Assembly: GCA_051362555.1 (NCBI GenBank)
Contig: CM120644.1
Span: forward strand, 11,306,567-11,370,566
Direction of reading: 5' to 3'
DNA from: Lingula anatina
Lineage: Eukaryota > Animalia > Brachiopoda
Length of the DNA: 64,000 bases
How positions within the stretch are numbered: the stretch's first letter is position 1; each line of letters starts with the position of its first letter. Of this stretch, positions 14,660 to 29,575 are shown piece by piece. Made by a program: the position numbers and the translations under genes. The notes below the pieces were generated by a model. It did not search any database. It was not told where the DNA came from and was given only the letters and a program-made list of their open reading frames with translations.

Positions 14660-14915
14660 AATGATACATGTGCTGACATCTTCAGTTGTGGGCTGATAAC
14701 AAGTGCTGACCCCTACAGTTGTGGGTGGATAGATACATGTACTGACACCTACAGTTGTAGGTAGATGTATAAATGTGCTGGCACCTTCAGTTGTGGACAG
14801 ATAGATACATGTGCTGACACCTTCAATTGTAAGCAGAAATATACATGTGCTGACGTCTACAGTTGTGGGCAAATAGCTACATGTGCTGACACCTTCAGTT
14901 GTGGGCCGATATATA
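14660..14915. repeat. 36-bp tandem repeat (7 copies) in the TLK 3'UTR
   Basis: TGCTGAC-like core at 14670, 14704, 14740, 14776, 14812, 14848, 14884. Confidence 0.9.
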
Positions 14916-17900
14916 CTGTGTTTGCTTCAGGACAATGAATGGGCACAGTTAAGTTTGAGTATGAACTTAAAGATAATGTGAACACAGCTCATCCTGTGTC
15001 CAGTCCATGTACTGTATCTCAGCCAGTGGTAATTACTTTTATTTTAGAAGTTACCAGTAAATTGAAGGATGACAGAGCGTTCGATGGTGCATTCACAGTG
15101 CAGAGCGTTGAAGAGAAGATGGATCAGCGCAAGAACAAACAGTTGCAATATTTTAAAAGAACGTAGAAACATTTCACCTTGATATTGATCTTGAACTTGC
15201 CATATCTTCACTGCTGGTCACAATCTTCGCCATTGCTCAGTATCTCCCAGTAGTAGCCAGTGGAGTTTAGGTCTTGTTCACTGCAGACATTTTTAGATCA
15301 TGGTTGCCTATTTTATCTCATCTTGGTGCTTTGAACTCTTGTGGTGCCCCCTATAGATACTCCACACTATGGCAGCATGGGAAGGCACGGGGGTTAAGGA
15401 AGACTAGATTTGACTAATTGACCTCCATTGTATGTGGGTATTTTGTGTGGAACACTTCATGTGCTGGACAGATACATGAACAAACATGCTAATACAAGGG
15501 CTGAGGAGACATCATATATAGTGCTGTAATGCTGTTATCTTTGTCTTTGATTCCCTGCTGGAGAAGTATGCATGGACTGTCATCATAGGAGTGTATCTGG
15601 CACCCCTTGGACTGCAGAATAGACTTGCCCAGGCAGTTGATTAACATTTCAACATGGGAGAGTTCAATTTGGATGCCAAGGGGAGGAAGGTTGTGAAGAG
15701 TATCGATTTGTGGATGCAAGGGATATCTGGTGAGTGACGAGGGCTCACTCTTTAAAAGTAGTGGCCTTAAATATGAACACTTCATAGCAGCTGTGGCCCT
15801 GAGCACAAACTGTTCTTCTTGGGTTGCAAACTATCCAAAGAAACTGAATTGGCATGTCAAGAATACAACAACTTCATTTACAAGAGCCTTGTAACAGGGA
15901 AAATGCACGATGGATACAGTGAAGCAAACAGACTGATATTGATTGAGGATAGAAAGAATGTGATGTGAGTCACGGGAAAGATAAATATAAAAGAGGACTT
16001 CCTATTGGATTACATGGAAAAAAGAAAGATGGATTTTACTAGCGAAAGGATTCTCTTAAGGATATTTGTGAGGTGGATTTAGAATGTGCTGTTTAATACA
16101 TACCATATCATCATGCAAAAATGTGTTTCGTTCATATAGAACAGGAGTATACTATTATTCATGCTTTTCATATGGACCAAGTGGTTGAGGAAGTGTCTTG
16201 TTACTTGTTCTGCCATCTTCAGTTGATTTAGGTGGCTTAGTATGTGCTGCCACCTATTAGAAAAACTTAAAAACAGATTTGGGTAAAGTGCATGCTGTCG
16301 CCATTATAATGAGAAAAACTTGTAAAACTTGACGTGTTGCAATATGAAGAAGTGAAAATGACAAAAAATAGTTATTTCATAGTTCTTGAAATAATTTTAG
16401 GATTCTTTTTATACAGATGTCATTGTAAGTGTGCTATGAAAAAAGAGAACTGTCATTTTGTTTTGAATTCTTAACTTTCAACTTTTTTTAGCCCAAAAAA
16501 GTTCATGTCACAACCAAAATTAAATTGACAATATTCAGTCTATCCTTCCCCCCTTTTTCTAGAGATTCTCCCACCTTGTTCTCAACTTAGAAAATATACC
16601 AACGTTCATTATTAGATAAATGTTAAATCAAGGAACGCTAATACCCCCCCCCTCCTCTCAGTAGCTTATGAAAGAAGTTGTTTTACTGATCTTACGTTTA
16701 TGTAAGACAAGAATGTATGTGGCGAGGGAGAGATGACGTGGTAGAAGATGTCAAATCTTTATTCCATGCTTGCAAGGGCACTTTTTAATAAATGCTGGAG
16801 AACTGTTGCTGCATTGTTTCATTATTTATTCCATTTGAAAACATTTATCCTGCTTGACAACAACGTGTGAAAAGCACTGATTACACGCTTCTCCTAGTGT
16901 TTATTCCACTTGGATGATATGACTCTGGTTTTCTCTGTTGGATAAAAAGTCGTTTTAACAGTGTGCTGTACACATTTTTGTTTTGCACCATTTTGAGAAA
17001 ATGTGACAGCTTAATATGTCGGTGGGAGGGGGGTGTTTTGCTGATGCAAAGCCTGCGGAAGAGCCCCAAAAAATTGAAACAGTGCCATTTGGTATGGTTT
17101 ATAACCGATTCAGCTAGTCAAAATTCCAATTTCAAGACCATTGGCGTGATTTTTTTCATAAAACTTTTTTCTTCGTCTGCATCCCAAACTTCCTTTTCAA
17201 ATAATGATAAACTTGAAGGATTGGACATAGATGTATATACTGACAAAGATTTGCAACTCAAAATTTTAAAACTTTTATTGCACCTGAAAAGTTTTTTGTT
17301 GAGATTTTATAACATCTCCAAGAGAAAATATACAGAGAGCAAGAATATCTACCTTAATATTAAGACATAGCAACACTGCTAATGAAATTTTATAATCTGA
17401 TGAGGTATGATAAAGATGTCAGTATCTTGGACTGACCTCCCCCTCCCCAAAAAAAAAAAAATGTTAAGTGGAGCTCTGTAGGAGGCGATCAATAATATCA
17501 TCTCAACAACATCTAGGAAAGATTCAGCTATCAAACAATTCTCTTTGAAATTGTATTCACTTAAATCAAACATGTTATCTTAAAATGCAAGTAACAGAAA
17601 CTAATCATTTGAAAAAGAAATGCAAATATATGGGATATACATAAAAAAACATTGTACAATAACAATACCTGATCAACATCATGTTTATAAATAGCAAAGC
17701 ATTTAACAATAATTAATTTTTTTTACACAACCAATATTAGAACACTGAGGAGGAAGATCATGGGAGAACTGGCAGAACTGGGAATTACCATGTACAGCAT
17801 GTACTATATTTGCCCAAAAAATAAGCAAAACTTTGACTACGTTCCCATAACCTTATCGTACTAGCAGGATCGATCTATCTCAGCAAGGAATTTCGCTATG

Positions 17901-19138
17901 GCACAGTCAATTTAATCAGCTGAACTGCCTGGCATTATGGACCACAAAGTTTTCCCAACTTAACTTCAATACTTAAAGTTATGAGGGGGGGCTGCCAGAC
18001 ATTTAAGTTGCTTAAACTGAATGCAATTTAGTGAGAATCCCCAGGGAGTTAGATCGATCCAGCTAGTACGACAGGGTTATGGGAATGGTCCCTTTCGCTT
18101 CAAGCAGTCAGATAATCTGCACTATCTTGAACCAGCACCATTGACAAGGGGGTTATAATTTTGCCTTTGTTGGCATGAACAAATTTGATAAAATTTTCAG
18201 GATATGTCAGAAATGAGCTATAATAGGGCAATAATAGAATAAAGAAACCTATGACCTACACTTCCTTTAGCAAGGTGAAGTATAAAAATGAAGAAGCAGA
18301 GCATAGCAAGATATATTCAATACATTAATAAAAACACTGAAAATAAAAGAAAAAAGCCCACAAAAAAATTCAAACTGATATCCCACAGGCAATATCACAG
18401 AATCAAACTGATATGACAAAATAATAACCTTTACACATAAGATATACTAAAAATAAAGTTGTGCTAAAGTTAAAGAAAACCTCCCTTCAAATGCATACAT
18501 GTTAAAATCCAAAAAATTAAAACAAACTTGGATCAAATAACAGTTGACTCAAAAACATATTTTCAAGAATAAATGGACAGATTGAGCATATAATCTAGGA
18601 TAAGCCTGCCATTCAGTGAAAAAGTCGAAAAATAATATGGCTTGTGGTCCAGGGACCACTTAAGCCAATAATATTTTTGGCTCCCAAAATGTTGGAAATC
18701 TGCCAATAGTGGAAAAAATATCCTTGTTTCATCCTCTATGCTGTCTTGTTGCTGAACGTAGGTTAGTGATAAAAGTATACATGACTTGCTTGACTTGGAT
18801 AAGATTGGCCTCTCCATAAAGACCAACCCATAATTTGTTCAGCTTTATTCTAAACCATTTTCAAACCAGACTAAATACAGATATGTAATATATCCCCATA
18901 TCTCAACCATTACTAGAGGAAACAATTCTGGACATCAAAAGTTTGAAACTCTTTTCACAGACCTAGAGACTCGCCTCTCTTGAACAGTGGACAAATCAGC
19001 ACCTGGAAAGTGCTGAAAAATGGCAGATCTGACAAAAAGGTTTTCTGTGTTGGATCTCCAAGCTCATGGTAATTTTCAACGATAACCCAAAGGAAATCTT
19101 AAAGCTGTGCCAAGTAAAACTACAGTTTCCATGGCAAC

Positions 19139-21015
19139 TCAGGGCAAAAAATGTTTCTGCTTCAAGACAACTCCATGATCAGGCTCCTCTTGGGGGATCT
19201 TGAAACAGTCCATGGGGAACTGCAGTGTCCACACCGACAGGAGATAAAGGTTAAACTGGACACAGCCAGTGAACGTGGTTTTGTGGTCATCGTGTTTGTT
19301 GACTGTTAAGGTAGAGTTGTAAAAATCCACGCAGAACTCGGCAGCCTTGTACACTGTACTTATGCAGACTTCAGGAGGGTCGTGAGCTGGAAGGGCATAA
19401 TAAGACATTGTGCTAGATTAGACTCTAGTCTGTGTTGCAAGTGTCTCCACCTATGGTGGAATAAACAGTGTCCTACCCATAAAAAGCGCATTTCACTAAG
19501 TGGCAACACTCTGGGTCTGGCTTTAGACAGAATCTTGATCTTAGATTCACGTATCTGAATGATTGATAATTTCTGCACATTGAAAAGTTGGTGTCATTAC
19601 TGTTTAGAAAATCATGGTTGCAAAACTAAGTCAGTGGTCTCACTTCTGTGATCTCTAATTTGAAATCAATATCAAAGAAAGAATGACTCTTATATATATA
19701 TCACTTTTACTGTTATTTTTATCATCAGAGCAGGCTTACCAGATATCACAGATCCCGTCTTTACAGCTTTGTCCATCAATAATGTCAGGTTCAGCTGCTG
19801 TAAGATGAAAAGTTAACTAAAGTCAATACTTTTTATCATCAGTAATATAAGGTTCAATAACATTACTGAAATAAATAAGATTAAGTACAGATCATTACAA
19901 AATATGTAATCTATACAATTACAAGTCAGCAGGGTGTATGCGACATAAACAATGTACAGGGTGGTCCATAAAAAAACGACCTATTTTAAATTGAGTTGGA
20001 AAGTAAAACAGGTAATTTTTATGGACCACCCTTTAATTGGAGAGGGGGGGGGGGGGGGTCACCTCATGTCTTATTATAATGCTAAGAATCCTGTAATTCC
20101 ACAGATGACACTCAATAAAAAGGCATGCGGATGATACAGATGGACTTTCAGTTAGCTCTAAAACTTAGGGTGTAAATACCCAACATGAGGCTTGCTATTT
20201 AAACACTTACCGGCACTCGAAGTCTTGATACATACGTAAAATTCACACATGCTGATACATCCAAGTGCAGCTTGGGCACTTCAATGCCCCTACAACACTG
20301 ACAGTTTACGTGGACACATTTACAACTATTTGTCTTTGGAGTCATTGATACTACATATTGGTTGTATGTGTGATTCAATGCATCTGTCCTCTGAACAGTG
20401 ACAATGTTGTCTTTATTCACCATGGAGATGCCGCTAATGAACTCCTTGGCTGTTGATTCTGAGATGTTTATTTGTAGCCTCCCTGTTGCGTTGATCTTTT
20501 TCTTTACACCTTCTATAGCTGGGATAACTCCATACTGATTAAATTTTTCATATGTTTTATAAGCGACTGCCTCTTTGACAAGGTTCATGTGGTCCTTTAT
20601 TTGCTGGGCCTTGTCCTGGAGTTTTTCATATTTTTCCTGGAAGACATTGGAGTAGTTTCTGCCAAAGCTTATCTTTAACGCCTTCTCAGCCAGCTCCTTA
20701 TGTGCTTGTACATTTTTACTTATCTGGTCTTTGGCGGCCATGGTTTTGTTTTTGAGGCCCTCATACTTCTGATGCGCATATGACTTGAAATTGTTGACAT
20801 TGTTCTCATAACTCCGCCTCACACCTGTAATAAAAAAAAATATTCATTATTTATTATTATTACACTGACCTACTTACCCTCTTATTTGATCCAACTTAAA
20901 AGATGGCATAAAACCTTGGCCAAGTATTAGGTAATTTTCGCATTTATTTCATTATGTAATCAGTGTCACCACATGATATACAGTTTCTAAATCCATTCCA
21001 ATGTAACTGTTACTC

Positions 21016-21058
<43 letters not shown>

Positions 21059-21202
21059 GTGATAAATGCACTCACCAGCAGGCGTCTGTATTGATACATA
21101 TAAGAATAAAACGTAGCACAAACATAAAACCAAACACGCTGAAACTATTGATCGTGTCCTTTTACTCAAACCAAACGTCGGGGCCCTCAGCAGCCTCGCC
21201 AT
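19139..21202 (-). CDS. Putative 348-aa type II membrane or secreted protein with C-terminal Cys-rich DUF4773-like domain; 4 exons
   Basis: Exons complement(21076-21202, 20211-20824, 19740-19797, 19139-19386) with GT-AG ends and consistent phases (1047 nt). N-terminal basic stretch plus hydrophobic anchor (SIVSACLVLCLCYVLFLYVSI), Lys-rich helical stalk, then CKCVHVNCQCC...CVNFTY...SAHDPPEVC...FCVDFY...GC...CF, matching the DUF4773 cysteine pattern as I recall it (not searched). Confidence 0.8.
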
Positions 21203-22021
21203 CTTGGCTGTTGCTATAATAAGAGCAAAAGTGGGAACGTTATCCGCCACCGCAATACGGAATGAAACTTTTTTTTTTTACAGAGGGCCATATATTTTAT
21301 TAAAAACCCTTTATATTTCAACAGCTAATACGCGGTGAATGATATTGTCTTCAGATATTATTCACAAATATTAAGATAGGTTAAAATCAAGGTTATAACC
21401 AATTTATAAGCAGGGCATAGGGGGCCTACATGTTGCGGACTCGCTGGACCAAATAACATTGATGTGGGCCGGTAGGCAGAAGGGGGGTGGGGGGTGGGGT
21501 GACAGCACCCTCCTTGGTTGGAAAATAATTTAATCTAGGTTTTGTGTCATTTACCAATTTGAGGATAAAAAAGTTCCCTTTTTAGAGCAAGACACCTCAT
21601 AATTGCTGGCTACAGGCCTGTTTCAAGTTCACATTCTCAGTGTTACGTAATCACTATTCCTTACAATATGAAATCATGAAATTAGATAATCACTTTATGT
21701 AGATTTTCACCACAATAAAGTCACAAAAGATCACAAGCCGCCAGATTGACAAAATTGATCTTTCTTTAGAGACATTGACAAAGTGTTGATCGATTATCGA
21801 TTAATCGTTTTAAACCGATATTCCAGTCCTATTCAGCATAACCACTGCAGTATATAACAATCGTTCCCTTGAACAAATTTATTGATAAACATAGGATTTA
21901 TTGTTCTTGTGTGTTGCAAGATACTACTGCCAAGGAGACAGAGTCACGTGGTTAAAATAAGTCAATCAGAAGCTCCGATCACCTTTCATTGATTGATCAC
22001 CTCGCCCTTGACGATGGCCAC

Positions 22022-22027
22022 TATAAA
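22022..22027 (+). promoter_or_regulatory. TATA box of alpha-tubulin A
   Basis: TATAAA ~30 nt before Inr-like TCATTC (22051). Upstream region ~21745-22170 is homologous to that of tubulin B (~32305-32720). Confidence 0.75.
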
Positions 22028-22160
22028 TACGGCCACGTGCCACGCGACTGTCATTCAGAAACTCACTCGACTCGTTGCGGTCCATTGGTGAGAACTTTCA
22101 AGCAATTTTCAACTAATTCTTATCACTGTTCTTGTGAACCAGACATCTTAACTAGTCAAC

Positions 22161-24346
<2,186 letters not shown>

Positions 24347-24936
24347 ACCCGGTGATGATCTCAACTTCACACCACCGGAATGTTTGAACGCTCTTTTCAT
24401 TCGTGCCAATAAAATTTACAAAGACATTTCATGAAAAAAAAAAAAAAAAAACAGAGTGCATTATTCCCAAAGAGTTGTCTTCCTCTTTTAATTGAGAACT
24501 CGAAACAGTTCTTATACCATCAGGGCGTTGACATACTCAAAATAATGTAATATATGAAATTTATTTTTGAACCGAATAAAGATGTGAAATATATTTATAT
24601 GCTGCCATTTTGTTTAGTATACTTGTATTGACAATCATTTTATATAGGGGCCTACTTTATAAAAAATGAGAAATTTTAGAGTTAAAACCGAGTGATTTCT
24701 TATTCAAATATTTTACGAACGTAAGCGACATGCTATCATAAATGGAATGTTTCTTACTCACAATTGAAATAATTCGATGGTTTTATGTAAGAACGCTAAT
24801 TTACATCGTTACTTTCTGTGTTTTGCGACCCATTAATGCAGAAAACTCCTCGTTCAATTTTACTGTTTTAACAAACTTAAACTTGAAAGTTGAGTTACAA
24901 AAGCACTCAGAGAAGTCAGACCTCCGCCAAACATTC

Positions 24937-27900
24937 TGTTGCATATTGTAATGTAATTAACATATCTCCCATAATGCATTGTTCTTTCTCTACCAGTTAG
25001 CCAGCATGGCTGGATGTGTTATGTAATAAATGAGTTATTAAAAAATGTTAACTTGAGTTACATAACAACAGAAAAACTACGACATGGTGTCAGAATCGGG
25101 ATATACATTGGATGTAGCATAATTTGGAGATTGGATGACCCACAAACTACAAGATTAAAACGGATTTAGAATCACTAAAAAAAAAAGGAAAAAAAAAAAA
25201 AATGGAGCACATGTATGGGATACAGCCGCCTCACATGGACTGGGAATCCATGGACTTACCGCGTACGTTCAAACTTTTCAAGGAAAAGTGTGAATTGATA
25301 TTCCAAGGACCTTTAGATGCTGTGTCAGAGGAAAGACAAGTGAAATTTCTTCTCCTTTGGATCGGAGAAAAAGGCCGCGAAATTGTGAAAACTTTTAACA
25401 TTGATGATCCAGACGTGTTGACCTCGTATTGGCAAAAATTGGAAGAATATACGAAGCCCAAGAGTAACTTTCGAATTCAGAGATTTAAACTTAGAGCATG
25501 CAGACAAGAAGCAGGTGAGAGCATTGATTCTTTTGTCAGACGAATCAGACTCGTGGCAAATGAATGCAAATATACCGATGTTGATCAACACATAATTGAC
25601 ACACTGATTTTTGGCACTAACTCGGAGCGAATTCAGGCGAAATTATTACAAAGAGAGGAAGATTTGACTCTAGATCAGGCTCTTGTTATTGCACGAACAG
25701 AGGAAGCAACTAAGAAACAGATTGAGGATCTTCACAGTACAGCAGCAAAGGAAATTCATGCACTACGGCCAAGTGGAAACAGTCAAAGAGGGAGACCGCG
25801 TTACAGACAGCCACAACCTCGCACTCCTCGCCAGCAAACTCAATCAAAGGTACCAAACAAGCAACGCTCACGACAGCCACTGCAAGAATGTGGTAAGTGT
25901 GGAACTGAACCTGTTTTTCAACAGTGCCCAGCTAAAGGTACAATTTGTCTCAAATGTGGCAAGCCAGATCACTGGAAAAGGGTATGTAGAACAAAAACAG
26001 TAACTGCATCGACCCATAGTAAAACTGTGCATTCAGTAGCAAATGAAAGTGACAGTAGCAGTGTATACTTTGACTCTATATATGTAGATAGTATTCAGTC
26101 AAAACAGTCCCCAGTTAAGCCATTTGCTGACATTGAAGTTAAAGTTGGGAACTCTACTTCAACATTACGTTGCAAAATAGACACTGGTGCTGAGGGAAAT
26201 GTAATACCACTGTCTTCTTTCAAAAAACTTGCAATTAAGCAACCACTAAAGCCTACAAATGACACGATTACTGCATATGGTGGCAGTAAGTTACCAGTAT
26301 GTGGAATAGCAACATTGACATTCACAAATGACAAGGTCATGGTGACCTCAGACAGCTATATTGTGGACTGTGAAGGACCAGTTATACTAGGAATGGAAAC
26401 CAGTCAGAAACTGGGACTTGTTACTCTGAACATAAATACAGTGACAAGACAGTCCATACTATCAGAGTATAAGGATATCTTTGAAGGTATCGGGAAATTG
26501 GATGGGGAATATCACATTAATATTGACCCCACTGTTTCTCCTGTTGTTCACCCACCACGGCGTGTACCTATTGCATTGCAGCCAGCACTCAAGGAGGAGT
26601 TGGACTCTCTCGTTGAGCAAGGGATCCTGTCACCTGTCACACAACCAACGAAATGGGTAAACTCGTGTGTATGTGTTACCAAACCCAATGGAAAAATACG
26701 TCTCTGCCTGGATCCAAAAGACTTAAATACGGCAATTAGACGTCCACACCACTACACACCAACACTGGATGACATCCTACCTCAACTGAGTGGCGCGCGT
26801 TATTTCAGTATACTTGACCTTCGGAGTGGGTATTGGAATATCACGTTAGATGAAGAAAGTTCTCTTCTGACTACCTTCAATACGCCCTTCGGAAGATTTA
26901 GATACAACAGACTACCCTTTGGCCTCTCGCTATCTCAAGACGTCTTCCAGGCCAAGATTGAAGAAGTATTCAAAGACATTCCAGGGTGTACCGGAATCGC
27001 CGACGACCTCATCATAGCAGGTTGGCAAGAAGACGGATCTGACCACGATGCGACTCTGCGCGTTGTATTAGATACAGCCAGAAGAAAGGGGATACGCTTT
27101 AATGAGGACAAGATGATTCTTAGAAAGGAGGAAATTCCATTCTTCGGTCATATTATAGGAAAAGACGGGCTAAAACCAGACCCAGCAAAGGTAGAAGCCA
27201 TTAATGTAATGAATGAGCCGAGAAATGTATCCGAGCTACAAACATTCCTTGGGATGACAAATTATCTAAGCAGATACATTCCCCATATGTCTCAACTTAC
27301 AGCCAGTCTCAGAGACCTGTGCAAGAAGGATAGTGTTTTTCAGTGGAATGCTGAACACAGTATTGCATTCAATGAGATTAAAAGAGAAATAGCAAACGCA
27401 ACCAACCTCCAATTCTACGACAGTAGCAAGTCACTTACACTCCAAGTTGACGCTTCATCTTATGGATTAGGAGCTGCCTTAATCCAGGATAAAGGCCCAG
27501 TTGCATATGCTAGCAAAGCACTCACAGAAACAGAGTCACGTTACTCAAATATTGAACGCGAGATGTTAGCAGTAGTGTTTGGTCTTGAAAAGTTTCACCA
27601 TTATGTCTATGGTAGACATGTTAAAGTAGAGACTGACCATAAGCCTCTAGAAGCCATTTTCAAGAAGCACCTACACAACGCACCACCGCGTCTGACCCGC
27701 ATGTTGCTGAGAACGCAGTGTTATGACACAGAGATTGTGTATGTCCCAGGCAAAAATATAGGACTAGCTGATGCCCTCTCTCGCATGAAACCTTGTGATG
27801 GTGACGACATCAAAGGACTTGACATTACAGTACATGAATTACACTCGTACATGAACGCAAGTCCAACACGCATTGAGCAAATTCGCGAGGAAACTAGTAA

Positions 27901-29575
27901 GGAACCACAGCTAGCAGCTCTTCGTGAAATGATTTCTGTAGGATGGCCAGCTACACGCAGCGAGTGTCCAGAAATTCTTCACCCATACTGGAACTACCGT
28001 GATGAGTTAGGCATCGCAGATGGAATCATAATGAAGGGAAATAGGATGATTATTCCTACAGTACTTCGCCCTGACCTACTTAAACAGCTACATTATGCCC
28101 ACCAGGGAGTGGAGAAATGTAAGCTACGTGCAAAATCATCAGTATTCTGGCCTGGCATGAATAATGATATTGAGCACACAGTCGGACTGTGTCCACCTTG
28201 CCAGAAACACCAAGCTGCCAACAGTAAGGAACCCTTATTGCCAGCAGATGTACCTCCCCGCGCATGGCACACATTAGCAGCAGATTTGTTCTATTGGAGA
28301 CAAACTGACTACTTATTAGTTGCTGACCAGTACAGCAAATATCCCTTAGTGCGGAAACTTCCAAATACATCATCAGGCAGTGTAATTGCACACTTAAAGA
28401 GCATATTCGAGGAGCATGGCATCCCTGAGATTCTTAAAACTGACAATGGACCTCAGTTTTCATCAGAAGGATTCAAAAACTTCGCAAACACTTGGGGATT
28501 TACGCACATTACATCCTCACCTATGTATCCGCAGTCAAATGGATTCATAGAACGAATGGTACAGACTGTTAAAAGTCTATTTCAGAAAGCATGGGAATCG
28601 AATTCAGATCCCCACCTATCCATGTTATGTCTTCGCACAACACCCATTGATCACAACCTACCAGCGCCTTGTGAGTTATTGAATAACCGGAAGTATAAAA
28701 CGAATATTCCCGCTGGACAGTCACAGTTGAACACCGACTACAATGTAGCATTACAGAAGAGACAGGAGGCAAGTAAAACACACTATGATCAGCATGTCAA
28801 ACCACTTGCACCTTTACATGAAGGAGAATTTGTTCGCATGTATGACACTCAGAATAATACATGGCAACCTGCCAAAGTTAAAACTGTATCAGACAAACCA
28901 AGATCTTATTATGTGGAATCCAATGGTGGAAATTACCGACGCAACAGGAAACACATTCATAAGACAAAAGAACATTTTGATTTCAGAAACAATGAGATTG
29001 AGGAAACTGATGAACCTCTTGTTGACATTACAAACACAGAGACTGTTACAAAATGTGAAACACCTCAATCTCAACCCTTACGCAGATCAAGCAGGAACAT
29101 TAAACCTCCAGAGAGACTGAACTTATGAATAAATTCAGTAACTATAGTGACTGTAACAAGTCAGTTGTGAAAGTGTCACAAATTGACTGTAATTTGAATA
29201 AGCTAAATCATAATTGTTTCATTTATGAACTCTGGACTTGAGATTCTGTTGACTTTTGTGTTTAAAAAAAAAACAAAAAAAACATTTACATGTGCCTATG
29301 AACTGTGAACATTGAAATGTCTTGGAGACAAAGACAACACGGACAGTGAACTGATTGTTTATTAGCAACTTAAAAAAAAAAAAAATAATAATTCCAGGAT
29401 TTATTTTTATTAAAAAAAAAAGGGAGATGTTGCATATTGTAATGTAATTAACATATCTCCCATAATGCATTGTTCTTTCTCTACCAGTTAGCCAGCATGG
29501 CTGGATGTGTTATGTAATAAATGAGTTATTAAAAAATGTTAACTTGAGTTACATAACAACAGAAAAACTACGACA
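24937..29575 (+). mobile_element. Full-length Ty3/Gypsy (Mag-like) LTR retrotransposon
   Basis: 148-bp LTRs 24937-25084 and 29428-29575 (TG...CA, identical by eye). 5-bp TSD CATTC (24932-24936, 29576-29580). PBS TGGTGTCAGAA (tRNA-Leu-like) at 25085. Polypurine tract at 29412-29427. Confidence 0.97.
25202..29128 (+). CDS. Gag-Pol polyprotein (1308 aa): gag/zinc knuckle, protease, RT, RNase H, integrase
   Basis: CLKCGKPDHWKRVC knuckle, DTGA protease, RT (LDLRSGYW, RLPFGL, IADD), RNase H (VDASSYGLGA, ETDHKPL), integrase HHCC plus DDE (ADLF, TDNGPQF, ERMVQT). Gypsy domain order, no stops. Confidence 0.96.
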   Translation: MEHMYGIQPPHMDWESMDLPRTFKLFKEKCELIFQGPLDAVSEERQVKFLLLWIGEKGREIVKTFNIDDPDVLTSYWQKLEEYTKPKSNFRIQRFKLRACRQEAGESIDSFVRRIRLVANECKYTDVDQHIIDTLIFGTNSERIQAKLLQREEDLTLDQALVIARTEEATKKQIEDLHSTAAKEIHALRPSGNSQRGRPRYRQPQPRTPRQQTQSKVPNKQRSRQPLQECGKCGTEPVFQQCPAKGTICLKCGKPDHWKRVCRTKTVTASTHSKTVHSVANESDSSSVYFDSIYVDSIQSKQSPVKPFADIEVKVGNSTSTLRCKIDTGAEGNVIPLSSFKKLAIKQPLKPTNDTITAYGGSKLPVCGIATLTFTNDKVMVTSDSYIVDCEGPVILGMETSQKLGLVTLNINTVTRQSILSEYKDIFEGIGKLDGEYHINIDPTVSPVVHPPRRVPIALQPALKEELDSLVEQGILSPVTQPTKWVNSCVCVTKPNGKIRLCLDPKDLNTAIRRPHHYTPTLDDILPQLSGARYFSILDLRSGYWNITLDEESSLLTTFNTPFGRFRYNRLPFGLSLSQDVFQAKIEEVFKDIPGCTGIADDLIIAGWQEDGSDHDATLRVVLDTARRKGIRFNEDKMILRKEEIPFFGHIIGKDGLKPDPAKVEAINVMNEPRNVSELQTFLGMTNYLSRYIPHMSQLTASLRDLCKKDSVFQWNAEHSIAFNEIKREIANATNLQFYDSSKSLTLQVDASSYGLGAALIQDKGPVAYASKALTETESRYSNIEREMLAVVFGLEKFHHYVYGRHVKVETDHKPLEAIFKKHLHNAPPRLTRMLLRTQCYDTEIVYVPGKNIGLADALSRMKPCDGDDIKGLDITVHELHSYMNASPTRIEQIREETSKEPQLAALREMISVGWPATRSECPEILHPYWNYRDELGIADGIIMKGNRMIIPTVLRPDLLKQLHYAHQGVEKCKLRAKSSVFWPGMNNDIEHTVGLCPPCQKHQAANSKEPLLPADVPPRAWHTLAADLFYWRQTDYLLVADQYSKYPLVRKLPNTSSGSVIAHLKSIFEEHGIPEILKTDNGPQFSSEGFKNFANTWGFTHITSSPMYPQSNGFIERMVQTVKSLFQKAWESNSDPHLSMLCLRTTPIDHNLPAPCELLNNRKYKTNIPAGQSQLNTDYNVALQKRQEASKTHYDQHVKPLAPLHEGEFVRMYDTQNNTWQPAKVKTVSDKPRSYYVESNGGNYRRNRKHIHKTKEHFDFRNNEIEETDEPLVDITNTETVTKCETPQSQPLRRSSRNIKPPERLNL

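Noticed and set aside
14612-14872. 86-aa repetitive minus-strand ORF (PTTVGVSTCIY)
   Set aside because: By-product of a 36-bp (multiple of 3) tandem repeat in the TLK 3'UTR; non-ATG start.
24408-24451. AATAAA followed by an 18-A run after tubulin A, suggesting a retrocopy
   Set aside because: The gene has both introns and a promoter, and long A runs are frequent throughout this window.
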